Of a stretch of 17,287 nt of DNA, positions 7,362 to 16,021 are shown in pieces. The translations under genes and the position numbers were made by a program. The stretch covers positions 1 through 17,287 of the forward strand of contig JBGATO010000077.1 in NCBI GenBank assembly GCA_044229145.1, read 5' to 3'. Position 1 is the stretch's first letter; every line of letters begins with the position of its first letter. The DNA is from Candidatus Eiseniibacteriota bacterium (lineage in GTDB: Bacteria > Eisenbacteria > RBG-16-71-46 > CAZEPH01). The notes below the pieces were generated by a model, which worked only from the letters and a program-made list of their open reading frames with translations, ran no database searches and was not told the origin of the DNA.

Positions 7362-10300
7362 CTACGGCGTGTAGAGGAGGCGGAGCGCCGCGCCGCGGCG
7401 CACGCCTCGCACGTCGGCGATCGCGAAGTACACGCCGCCCGCGACCGGCGCGCCACCGTCGCCGCGGCCATCCCACGCGAGCAGCGTGAGGCCGGCGTCG
7501 AGCGGCCCGTCGTGCAACACCCGCACGCGGCGGCCGCGCGCATCGAACACCGCGACCCGCGCCGTCGCCGCGGGCGGCACTTCGAGTGCCAGCGTCACCC
7601 GCGAGCGGAACGGCAGCGGATATGCGCCGCGCAACCGCACCTCCCGAAACGCCACGCCGCCCTCCGGCACGCCAATCGCCACTGGTCCGCTCTTCGTGCG
7701 GAACGACCACGGTCCCGACACCACGCCGAGTCCGTGTGAGTCGAACGCCGTGACCCGCCACCAGTACGTCTTGCCGGTCAGGGTCACCGTCGCGGTGTCG
7801 CTACTCGCGGTGAGGCCGTTGTGGACCGCGAGCGGTGTGTCGAAGCTGCCCTCGTCGTCGAGTTCGAAGCGGTAGGTGACCGCGTCGCCGTCGGGATCGC
7901 TGGCGTTCGCCCAATCGAAGTTGCGGGTGCCGGTGTAGCCGGTCGAATCCCCGTTGGCGGGCGAGAGCAGCGCGAACCAATACGGCGGCGTCCACGTATT
8001 GCGCGCCGACGACCACGGGCGATACGTCACGTAGTCCGACACCTGCTGTCCGGTGCCGCCGGGGTTGTAGTCGGGATTGCCGTTGGTGGGATCGTACGGT
8101 CCGCTCGTGCTGCCCCACCAGCAGTTGGTCGCGGTGATCGACGGAGAGGAATGCGCGTTCTGCAATCCGTAGCCACCGCCATTCGAGACGAAATCGCAGC
8201 CGCTGAACGTCGACACGTTCGAGGCGTTGACCCACGCGCCGGTGTCGGCATTGTTGTTGAACGACGCGTTGGTCGCGGTGACCTGCAAGGTGAGCACCGA
8301 CAGACCGCGCGCCAGTGACCACGCGATGCCTCCGCCGCTGATCATCACCGCGCCCATCGGCGTGAGCGAGCTGGCGCTGCTCACCGCGCCGAGCGCCGCG
8401 GCGCCGCCGCCGTAGGTCACCCAGGTGTTGGTGAGATTGATGGTGCCGCCGACGAAACCGAGGATCGTGCTCCAGTCACCTTGCAGCGGGCCGGTCCAGG
8501 AGCCGTCGCCGTCGGTGTCGCCTTCGACGTTGTCGTCTTGGAGCGAGGTGATGCGGACGGCGGACGCCGCGGTGCCTTGCGCGTCGAACCGGCCGAGCAC
8601 GCTGATCAGCGCGTTCGGATTCCACATCTTGATCACCGTGCCTGCCGCACAGGTGAGCGTGTCGCCGCCGTTGATGGTGAGCGAGTTGACGACATACGGG
8701 AATCCGGGATGCCGCGTCCAGGTGTAGTGCCGCGTGCCGCTGGCATCGCCGAGGATGCCGCTGATGTAAAGGCCGTTGGTGCCGTTTCCCGATCCGGTGA
8801 AGGTGCCGGGAATGTTGCCAATCTGCGAGGTCAGCACCATCGCGCGGCCCGCGTTGTTGGTGAACGTGAGCGAGTCGGCGACGTACGCGGAGAGCGGCGC
8901 GAGCCACAGGCCGTCGCCGAGATTCCCGGTGAAGGTGACGCTACGCACCAGCGTGTTGTTCGACGTGATGATGGCGCCGGCGGTGGCGCTGTACGCGATC
9001 TGCCCGCCGACCAGCCATAACGCCGACGGCAGTTCGCCGGGCGCGTTGCTCACCGCGGCGCCCGGGCCGCTGGCGTTGCCGCCGTAGAGCACCTTGACGT
9101 TGGTGAGCGTGACCTGTCCGTCAGTCGTGGCTTGGAAGCCTTCCCAATCGCCGGGGGCGGGCGCGGAGGCGGCGCCGTCGTGATTGGTGTCGCCTCCCGC
9201 GCTATCGTCCTTGAGCGAGGTCAAGATGACGGGCGCCGCGACGCTGCCGTTCATCGAGAGCACACCGCCGGCGTACAACGCCGACGTCCCGCCGAGGAAC
9301 TTGACCACCACGCCCGCCGTGACGGTGAGCGTGTCGACGGCATCGAGCGCGAGCGAGTCGACGACCGGCGGAAAGCTCGGCGAACACGACCATGTGTAGC
9401 TGCCGCCGCCCGGTCCGCCGACCAGGCCTTTCAGGTAAATGCCGTTGGTGCCGTTGCCGCTCCCGGTGAGCGAGGCCGGCAAGGTGCCGCACGAGCTGTC
9501 GAGCCGGATGCCGGCGTCGGCGTTGTTCGTGCTCTGGATGCCGGTCAGCGCGGGTGGGATGCCGGTGCGCAAGGACAGGCCATCGCCGCCGTTGGCGAGG
9601 TAGACGCAGTTGCGCACCACCACGGTGGCGTCCTTCACGTTGCAGCCGTCGATGAGCGAGGAGCGCACGCCGCCGCCGTCGTGCGTGAAGGTGACGGCCG
9701 AACCTTCGAGCGCGCCGGTCACGTACAGCCCGTTTCCCCCGTAGCTCACCCACGTGTTGGTGAGCGCCGCGGTCGACCCGGCTTCGAGCGAGATCGCGCT
9801 CCAATCGCCGGCGGCCGGCGTGGTGAGCGTGCCGTCGTTCGCGGTGTCGCCACCGCGCGAATCGTCCTCCTCGGAGGTGAAGTACACGCTGTCGCCGGGG
9901 ACGCCCGCCGCCTCCAGCCGGCCGTAGATGATGAGCGACGACGTGGTCGACGCGAACTTCACGACGGCGCCGTTGTTCACGTGCAGCGTGTCGCCGGCGA
10001 TGATGTTGATCGCCGCGTCGATCACCGTGGCGAAGGTGCGGTTGCCCGCCCAGGTGAAGCGTGCGGGCGGCGCCGCGCCGCCCACCGGTCCAACCACCCA
10101 CACGCCGTTCCCGCCATTGTTCGAACCGGTGAGCGTCCCGATGTTGCCAACGTTCTGCATGATGTTGACGGCGCGGCCGCCGCAGTTGGTGATCGACAGG
10201 CTATCGAGCGTCGGCGAGTTGGTGGCCCACACGCTGATGCCGCTCGAGCCGCACGAGTCGATGTTCACGCGGGTCATCGAGAACGTCGTGGCGTAGCCGT

Positions 10301-10763
10301 TGAAGCCGTTGAAGATGGCGCGCGAGATCGTGCCGCCGTTGTAGGTCAGGCGCGTCATCACCTGCGTGCCGGTGTTGATCGGCGAGGTGGCGAACTTGAT
10401 GACCGTGTACGACAGATCCATCACCGACCCGGTCTGCGGCACGATGCCGGGCCAGTCGCCGGTGGCCGGCGTCGCCTTCCACGACGTAAAGGTGTCGGGG
10501 AGCGCGGCGGTGCCCTGCGTGATCAAGGTGCCGAATACCGTGCATTGCGTGCCCGGCTTCATCCACACCTTCACGCCGGCCTGGACGGTGAGCGTCTGTC
10601 CGGCGGGGACGTTGATCGAGTTGATGACGGTGTAGGGGCTGCCGCTGACCGTCCACGTGCCGCTTACCGCACCGGACACGTTGGTGCCGGCGCATGCGCT
10701 GCCCGCCGCCAGCGCCGCGAGGGCAAGCAGGACGAAGACGAAGCGCGACACGCGAACCGGCAT
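7362..10763 (-). CDS. Large secreted protein with right-handed beta-helix repeats, an FN3/Ig-like domain and a FlgD-Ig/T9SS-like C-terminal domain, 1133 aa
   Basis: Signal peptide; G/T/N/S-rich beta-helix repeats with four TS..(DD..GGDT..DG)...P..GDW motifs; NCWWG...GP...V.Y.PW cap; SDPDGDAVTY...YWWRV domain; VFDARGRRVR...WDG...GVYF tail. Confidence 0.88.
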   Translation of the reverse strand: MPVRVSRFVFVLLALAALAAGSACAGTNVSGAVSGTWTVSGSPYTVINSINVPAGQTLTVQAGVKVWMKPGTQCTVFGTLITQGTAALPDTFTSWKATPATGDWPGIVPQTGSVMDLSYTVIKFATSPINTGTQVMTRLTYNGGTISRAIFNGFNGYATTFSMTRVNIDSCGSSGISVWATNSPTLDSLSITNCGGRAVNIMQNVGNIGTLTGSNNGGNGVWVVGPVGGAAPPARFTWAGNRTFATVIDAAINIIAGDTLHVNNGAVVKFASTTSSLIIYGRLEAAGVPGDSVYFTSEEDDSRGGDTANDGTLTTPAAGDWSAISLEAGSTAALTNTWVSYGGNGLYVTGALEGSAVTFTHDGGGVRSSLIDGCNVKDATVVVRNCVYLANGGDGLSLRTGIPPALTGIQSTNNADAGIRLDSSCGTLPASLTGSGNGTNGIYLKGLVGGPGGGSYTWSCSPSFPPVVDSLALDAVDTLTVTAGVVVKFLGGTSALYAGGVLSMNGSVAAPVILTSLKDDSAGGDTNHDGAASAPAPGDWEGFQATTDGQVTLTNVKVLYGGNASGPGAAVSNAPGELPSALWLVGGQIAYSATAGAIITSNNTLVRSVTFTGNLGDGLWLAPLSAYVADSLTFTNNAGRAMVLTSQIGNIPGTFTGSGNGTNGLYISGILGDASGTRHYTWTRHPGFPYVVNSLTINGGDTLTCAAGTVIKMWNPNALISVLGRFDAQGTAASAVRITSLQDDNVEGDTDGDGSWTGPLQGDWSTILGFVGGTINLTNTWVTYGGGAAALGAVSSASSLTPMGAVMISGGGIAWSLARGLSVLTLQVTATNASFNNNADTGAWVNASNVSTFSGCDFVSNGGGYGLQNAHSSPSITATNCWWGSTSGPYDPTNGNPDYNPGGTGQQVSDYVTYRPWSSARNTWTPPYWFALLSPANGDSTGYTGTRNFDWANASDPDGDAVTYRFELDDEGSFDTPLAVHNGLTASSDTATVTLTGKTYWWRVTAFDSHGLGVVSGPWSFRTKSGPVAIGVPEGGVAFREVRLRGAYPLPFRSRVTLALEVPPAATARVAVFDARGRRVRVLHDGPLDAGLTLLAWDGRGDGGAPVAGGVYFAIADVRGVRRGAALRLLYTP
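8472..10490 (-). repeat. Intragenic ~220-aa tandem protein repeats
   Basis: Trp codons of the GDW motifs lie at 10452, 9801, 9144 and 8472 (spacings 217, 219 and 224 codons). TGS.NG.NG.(W/Y)..G..G recurs three times. Confidence 0.8.
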
Positions 10764-10881
10764 GGAGTCCTCGCGGGCGGCGGACGAGTCGAATGGTGCC
10801 TGTGGGGAGGGTCACCGCGGCCGGTTCCATCGCGCGCTCGATCGGGGAGGAGAAAGCGGGACGGCGAACCGGGAGGTCACT

Positions 10882-10910
10882 ATACTACGCCGCGCCGCGC
10901 CGCCTGCCAA
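10882..10910 (-). promoter_or_regulatory. Sigma70-type promoter for the beta-helix protein gene
   Basis: The minus strand reads TTGGCA (10910-10905), 17 nt, TAGTAT (10887-10882), in the divergent intergenic region. Confidence 0.5.
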
Positions 10911-10952
10911 GGCGCCGCGCTCCGCTTCCTCACGCAGCGAAAGGACACCGTC

Positions 10953-11648
10953 ATGTCAGGACGCCTCACGGCGTGGCAGTTCGCCGACCCGCTCGGCCCC
11001 GACGAGGACCCGCGCATCGCCCAGCCCGGCGACATCTTCGCCATCGGCCGCAACTACGCCGAGCACGTGCGCGAGATGGGCAACGACGACAACGTGCCGA
11101 TCGTGCTGTTCCTCAAGGCGCGCGCCAGCCTGGTCGGCGACGAGACGCCGCTCGCCTACCCCGCGTGGTCGAACGACTTGCAGTACGAAGGCGAATTGGT
11201 GGCGCTGATCGGGCGTGGCGGCCGCGACATTCCCGAGCGCGACGCGCTCGATCACGTCTGGGGCTTCGCCGCCGGTCTCGATTGGACGCTGCGCGACCGT
11301 CAGCGCGACTCACGTGGCCGCGGCGAGCCATGGTTCCCGGCGAAGAACTTCGGCGGCAGCGCCGCGGTGGGCGCGTTCCGCCGCCGTGCCGCGGTGCAGG
11401 CGGTGCGCGACCTCGAAATCGTCACCACCGTCAATGGCGAACCGCGCCAGCGCGCCGGGTGCGTCGAGATGCGCCACGACATTCCCGCGCTCATCGCACA
11501 CGTCTCGCGCATCGTGCCGCTGTCGCCGGGCGATGCGATCTTCACCGGCACGCCGAGCGGTGTCGGGCCGGTGCGGCCGGGCGATGTCGTCTGTTGCACC
11601 ATCGCCGGCGTCGGCAGCGTGACCACGCCGGTGACGAGCGGCGCATGA
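10953..11648 (+). CDS. Fumarylacetoacetate hydrolase (FAH) family protein
   Basis: IGRNYAEH..EM, LFLK, YEGEL, GLDWTLRD.Q, W..AKNF and GDAIFTGTPSGVG motifs. ATG 10953 follows the AAAGGA RBS. Confidence 0.9.
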   Translation: MSGRLTAWQFADPLGPDEDPRIAQPGDIFAIGRNYAEHVREMGNDDNVPIVLFLKARASLVGDETPLAYPAWSNDLQYEGELVALIGRGGRDIPERDALDHVWGFAAGLDWTLRDRQRDSRGRGEPWFPAKNFGGSAAVGAFRRRAAVQAVRDLEIVTTVNGEPRQRAGCVEMRHDIPALIAHVSRIVPLSPGDAIFTGTPSGVGPVRPGDVVCCTIAGVGSVTTPVTSGA

Positions 11649-12889
11649 GTGCACTGCGCCTCGACGCCGGACGGCTCGCGTCGATGATCGATGCGCTCGG
11701 CCAAGTCGGCCTGCGCGACGACGGCCTGCACCGGCCGGCGTTCGGCGAGCAGGACCTCATCGCCCGTGCGCTGGTGGCCGAGTGGATGAAGGGCGCCGGG
11801 CTCGCGGTGCGCGTCGACGCGGCGGGCAACGTGATCGGCCGCCGCGAGGGCAGCGACGCGGCGCGCGGTGCATTGGCGACCGGCTCGCACATCGACACCG
11901 TGCCGGGCGCCGGGCGCTACGACGGCGCATACGGTGTGCTCGCTGGCATCGCGGTGGCCGCGGCGATCCGCGACGCCGGCGTCACGCTGCGGCATCCGCT
12001 CGAGGTCATCGCCTTCGCCGACGAAGAGGGCGCGTTCCTGCCCGGCGGGCTGTCGGGCAGCCGCGCGATGGCGGGGCTGCTCGCACGCGATTTCGTCCAG
12101 GGCGTGGTGAGCGCGGAGCCGGCGTGGGGGGAACGAGTCGCGGCGGCGGGCGGCGATCTCGGCGCCCTCGGCAGCGCGCGGCGTGACCGTGGCGCGATCG
12201 CCGCGTACGTCGAACTCCACGTCGAGCAGGGGCCGGTGCTGGAGCGTGCTGGCGTGCAGATCGGCGTGGTGACCGGCGTCACTGGGCGCCACGTGTACCA
12301 CGCCACGCTGCGCGGCGCCGCGAATCACGCCGGCACCACGCCGATGGACATGCGCCACGACGCCGTGGTGGCAGCCAGCGAACTCGTGCTCGCGGTCCGC
12401 GCGCTCGCCACCGGAGACGCGCCGCTGTGCCGCACCGCCACCGTCGGCGTCGTGCAGGTCGAACCGGCGGCCGTCAACGTCGTCCCCGGCCACGCGACGC
12501 TCGACATCGAGATCCGCGACGTCGACATGGCGGCGCTGACCGCCGCCGACCGTGCGTTGCGCGAGGCCGCCGCGGCCATCGCCGAGCGCCATGGCGTGGC
12601 GATCGCGCTCGAGCAGCGTACGACGGTGGTCGCCGCGCCGGCGGATCCGGCGCTGCAAGACGTCATCGAGCAGGCGGCGCGTGCCGCGGGACACAGCACG
12701 ATGCGGCTGCCGAGCGGCGCCGGCCACGACGCGCAAGCCGTGGCGACGCTCGCGCCGATTGGCATGATCTTCGTCCCCAGCGCCGGCGGAGTGAGCCACA
12801 GCGGCGACGAGTACACCGATCCCGACGACTGCACGCGCGGCGCCGAGGTGCTGCTGGCGGCGCTGCTGGCGCTCGACGCCCGCGCCTAG
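11645..12889 (+). CDS. M20 family Zn-dependent amidohydrolase (allantoate amidohydrolase / N-carbamoyl-amino-acid hydrolase / beta-ureidopropionase group)
   Basis: GSHIDTV, GRYDGAYGV, DEEG, YVELHVEQGP, ANHAGTTPM, NVVPG, SGAGHDA and GVSH motifs. ATGA overlap with the FAH stop. Confidence 0.9.
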   Translation: MSALRLDAGRLASMIDALGQVGLRDDGLHRPAFGEQDLIARALVAEWMKGAGLAVRVDAAGNVIGRREGSDAARGALATGSHIDTVPGAGRYDGAYGVLAGIAVAAAIRDAGVTLRHPLEVIAFADEEGAFLPGGLSGSRAMAGLLARDFVQGVVSAEPAWGERVAAAGGDLGALGSARRDRGAIAAYVELHVEQGPVLERAGVQIGVVTGVTGRHVYHATLRGAANHAGTTPMDMRHDAVVAASELVLAVRALATGDAPLCRTATVGVVQVEPAAVNVVPGHATLDIEIRDVDMAALTAADRALREAAAAIAERHGVAIALEQRTTVVAAPADPALQDVIEQAARAAGHSTMRLPSGAGHDAQAVATLAPIGMIFVPSAGGVSHSGDEYTDPDDCTRGAEVLLAALLALDARA

Positions 12890-12915
12890 CCGCGGGGCGA
12901 CTTTCGGCGACGTAT

Positions 12916-12933
12916 CGCGGCGGCCCCGCCGCG
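12916..12933. other. Perfect inverted repeat after the M20 gene (hairpin, atypical terminator or operator)
   Basis: CGCGGCGG-CC-CCGCCGCG, with no clear U-tract. Confidence 0.35.
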
Positions 12934-13005
12934 TCACAATTCAGGTGCGTCCTCCCGGCGCGCGCTGACCCCGGCGCCTTTGCACCTCGACCGCGAGTCC
13001 TCTCG

Positions 13006-14892
13006 ATGTCCGTCGCCCTGCGCGGCCGCCTGTGCGCGGCCTTCGTTCTGCTGTGCGCGCCGCTGGCCCACGCGCAATCCGCCGCCGTCGTCCCGCACGA
13101 GCTGCTGGTGAAGTTCCGCGCCGGCACCAGCCCGGCGGCACGCGACGCCGCGCTCGCCGCCCTGCCGGGCGGGCGCCGGCTCGCGCGCTTCGCCTTCATC
13201 GGCGTGGATCACCTGCGCTGCGAGGCGCTCGCCACCGACGCCGCGCTCGCCGCCCTGCGCGCGCGGCCTGAAGTCGAATACGCCGAGCCCAACGGCCGCG
13301 TCTCCGCCGACCTCACGCCCAACGACACCAGCTTCCCGACGATGTGGAACCTGCTCAACACCGGCCAAAGCGGCGCCTACGCCGGCGACGACATCGACGC
13401 GACGCTGGCGTGGAACTACACCACCGGCGATCCGGCGATGAAGGTCGGCGTGCTCGACACCGGCATCGACTACACGCACCCCGACCTCGCGGCGAACATG
13501 TGGACGAACCCCGGCGAGATCGCGGGGAACGGCCTCGACGACGATGGCAACGGCTACGTCGACGACATCCACGGCTACGACGTGCTCCACCTCGACGGCG
13601 ATCCCATGGACGACAACTTCCACGGCACGCACGTCGCCGGCACCATCGGCGCGGTGGGCAACAACGCGCTCGGCATCTGCGGCGTGACGTGGCAGTGCCA
13701 GTTGGTGGCGGTCAAGTTCCTCGATGCCACCGGCAACGGCGTCGAATCGGACGCCATTGCCGCGTTGCAGTACGCGCTCGCCGCCGGGGTGCGGCTCACC
13801 AACAATTCGTGGGGCAACTTCTCCGGCGGTCAAGCACTGCTCGACGCCATCAACGCGTGCGGCGCGGCGGGGCAGCTGTTCGTCAACGCGGCGGGCAACA
13901 ACGGCTGGAATCTCGACGGCGTGCCGGTCTACCCGGCGTGCTACGACACGCCGTACATCATCACGGTCGCCGCGACCGACGGCCGCGACCTGCGCCCGAC
14001 GTGGTCGAACTTCGGCGCCACCACCGTGGACCTCGGCGCGCCCGGCGCCAACATCTACTCGTGCAAACCCGGCGGGCTGTACCAAGCGCTCAACGGCACG
14101 TCGATGGCGGCGCCGCATGTGGCCGGCGCGGCGATGTTGGCGTTCGCCCGCTTCCCGCACGCCAGCGCGCTGCAGATTCGCCAGCTGCTGCTCGACAACG
14201 TCGATCCGATCGCGTCCTTGAGCGGCCGCACCATCACCGGCGGGCGCCTCAACGCGTACAAGCCGTTGCTCAACGGCGATGCGACGCCGCCCGCGGCGAC
14301 GACACTTGCGGTGGCGGACTCGAGCGCGACCTCGCTGACGGTCGCGTGGACGGCGCCCGGTGACGACGGCGCGCTCGGCACCGCGGCGAGCTACGACCTG
14401 CGCTACGCGACCACGCCGCTCGACTCCGCCTCGTTCGCCGCGGCGACGCCGGTGCCGCTGTCGCCGCCGTTGCCCGGCGGGAGCGCCGAACTCGCCACGC
14501 TGACGAACCTGCCGACCGCGACGACGTTCTACATCGCCCTGCGCACCACCGATGACTTCGGCAACGTGAGCGCGCTGTCGAACGTGGCGATCGGAACGAC
14601 GCATGCGGCGCCGGTGGCGGTGGGGGAGCCGGGTGCGTCGCGGCGCGCCGCGCTCGCCGCGTTCCGCGATCGCGGGACGATCGTCGCGCGACTGTCGCTG
14701 CCGGAAGCCGCGCCGGTGCGGGTCGCGGCGTTCGACGTGCGCGGGGTGCGGGTGGCGACGCTGTGCGACGCACCGCTCGGCGCCGGCGTGCAGCAGTTGC
14801 GGTGGGAGGCGCGCGTCGCGCCCGGCGTCTACTTCCTGGTGGCGGACCTCGGCGCGACGCGGCTCCGCGCGCGCGTCGCCGTGACGCGCTAG
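13006..14892 (+). CDS. Secreted S8 subtilisin-like serine peptidase with propeptide, FN3 domain and FlgD-Ig/T9SS-like tail
   Basis: Signal peptide ending AHA; ELLVKF...VEYAEPN propeptide; catalytic triad GVLDTG, HGTHVAG, GTSMAAPHVAG; DDDGNGYVDDIHGYD insert; WTAPGDDG...YDLRY FN3 domain; FDVRG.RV...GVYF tail. Confidence 0.92.
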   Translation: MSVALRGRLCAAFVLLCAPLAHAQSAAVVPHELLVKFRAGTSPAARDAALAALPGGRRLARFAFIGVDHLRCEALATDAALAALRARPEVEYAEPNGRVSADLTPNDTSFPTMWNLLNTGQSGAYAGDDIDATLAWNYTTGDPAMKVGVLDTGIDYTHPDLAANMWTNPGEIAGNGLDDDGNGYVDDIHGYDVLHLDGDPMDDNFHGTHVAGTIGAVGNNALGICGVTWQCQLVAVKFLDATGNGVESDAIAALQYALAAGVRLTNNSWGNFSGGQALLDAINACGAAGQLFVNAAGNNGWNLDGVPVYPACYDTPYIITVAATDGRDLRPTWSNFGATTVDLGAPGANIYSCKPGGLYQALNGTSMAAPHVAGAAMLAFARFPHASALQIRQLLLDNVDPIASLSGRTITGGRLNAYKPLLNGDATPPAATTLAVADSSATSLTVAWTAPGDDGALGTAASYDLRYATTPLDSASFAAATPVPLSPPLPGGSAELATLTNLPTATTFYIALRTTDDFGNVSALSNVAIGTTHAAPVAVGEPGASRRAALAAFRDRGTIVARLSLPEAAPVRVAAFDVRGVRVATLCDAPLGAGVQQLRWEARVAPGVYFLVADLGATRLRARVAVTR

Positions 14893-16019
14893 GCGCCGAA
14901 CTGCGCGGCGAAGTAATCGCGCGCCGCGTCGGAGAGGTGCAATTCCTCGGCGAAGCGCACCGCGTGGGCGAAGAGTTCGCCGCCACGTTCGGGGAAGAAG
15001 CGCGCGCTGCGCCGCACGTAATCGCGTGCCCATTCGTCGCGTTCGTCGCCGCGGCCCAAGCGGTCGAGCGCGGCGACGCCGCCGAGCCACACGTCAGGTA
15101 AGAAGCCGTCGCCGGCGAGGGCCGCGCGCACGAAGCCGAAGGCGTCCATCGCCGCACCGTCGTCGCCGGTGTCGAGGCACGCGCGTCCGAGGTTGCCGCG
15201 CACCGTGAGGTTGTCCGGCGCGTGGTCGACCGCGCGTTCGAGATAGGCCCGCGCTGCCGCGAATCGCCCCTCACGTCCTTCGTAGATGCCGGCCTCGAAC
15301 GCCACGCGCGCCATCAGCGGCGCGTACATCGCGCGGGCTTGTGGATACGACGCGAGGAACGCCGCGACATTGTCGGCCACCAGCGAGAACGGCACGTGGC
15401 CGCCCGGCAGCACGGTTGCGATCTGTGCCGGCGTGAACGGCACCGGTAGCGGCGGCACCTCGTACTGCTGATAAAACGCGTCGGCGAGCGTGACGAACGC
15501 GAAGCGGCCTGGATCCGACGGCTCGCTCTCCCACGACTGCCGCGCGCGATCCTCCGCGATGGCGACCAGTTCGCCGAGCGCGGTGGCCAGTTCGTCGTCC
15601 GTGCTGCGGGTGAGACGCTCGCGCAGGATCGGCAGGATCTCCGCCTGCGGCCGGCGATTCACGAACACCACGAACGTGAAGCCGTGCCGCGCGCGATACT
15701 CCGCGTTGAGCGCCGCGAGTTCCGCGGCGATCGCATCATCCGGCGAGGCGCCGTGCGACTGCTCCTGGCGCGAGAAATCGGAAAGCGTCTCCTTCGGCGC
15801 GCCGATCGCCGGGTGCGCGTCGAGGATCGCGCGTTGCTCCGCCGCCGGCAACGCCGCCGCGATCTCACGCGCCGCCGCGAACAACGCCGCCGCATCCGCG
15901 AATGGCCGCCGCGCCGCGAGCGCCGCGAGCAACGGCGACGCCGTCTCGAACAACGGCGCCAGGTGCGCGACGAACTCCTCCGGCGCTTCCGCGTTCAGGA
16001 TCTCGAGAGGCGGCAGCAC
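14889..16019 (-). CDS. uraD: OHCU decarboxylase (UraD) domain fused to a C-terminal TPR-like region, about 376 aa
   Basis: HPAIG, S..EQS, LNAEY..RHGFTFVVFV and EL..IA..R OHCU decarboxylase motifs in the first ~160 aa. GTG start 6 nt after GGGAG, directly downstream of uraH. The frame stays open through TPR-like helices. Confidence 0.82.
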   Translation of the reverse strand: MLPPLEILNAEAPEEFVAHLAPLFETASPLLAALAARRPFADAAALFAAAREIAAALPAAEQRAILDAHPAIGAPKETLSDFSRQEQSHGASPDDAIAAELAALNAEYRARHGFTFVVFVNRRPQAEILPILRERLTRSTDDELATALGELVAIAEDRARQSWESEPSDPGRFAFVTLADAFYQQYEVPPLPVPFTPAQIATVLPGGHVPFSLVADNVAAFLASYPQARAMYAPLMARVAFEAGIYEGREGRFAAARAYLERAVDHAPDNLTVRGNLGRACLDTGDDGAAMDAFGFVRAALAGDGFLPDVWLGGVAALDRLGRGDERDEWARDYVRRSARFFPERGGELFAHAVRFAEELHLSDAARDYFAAQFGA

Positions 16020-16021
16020 GC

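Noticed and set aside
178..15090. Long alternative-frame or antisense ORFs (e.g. 178..1731-, 1292..3229-, 5725..7761-, 5961..7739+, 11300..12937-, 12934..15090-)
   Set aside because: They give Arg/Ala/Pro-rich, motif-free translations that overlap well-supported genes, as expected for shadow ORFs in high-GC DNA.
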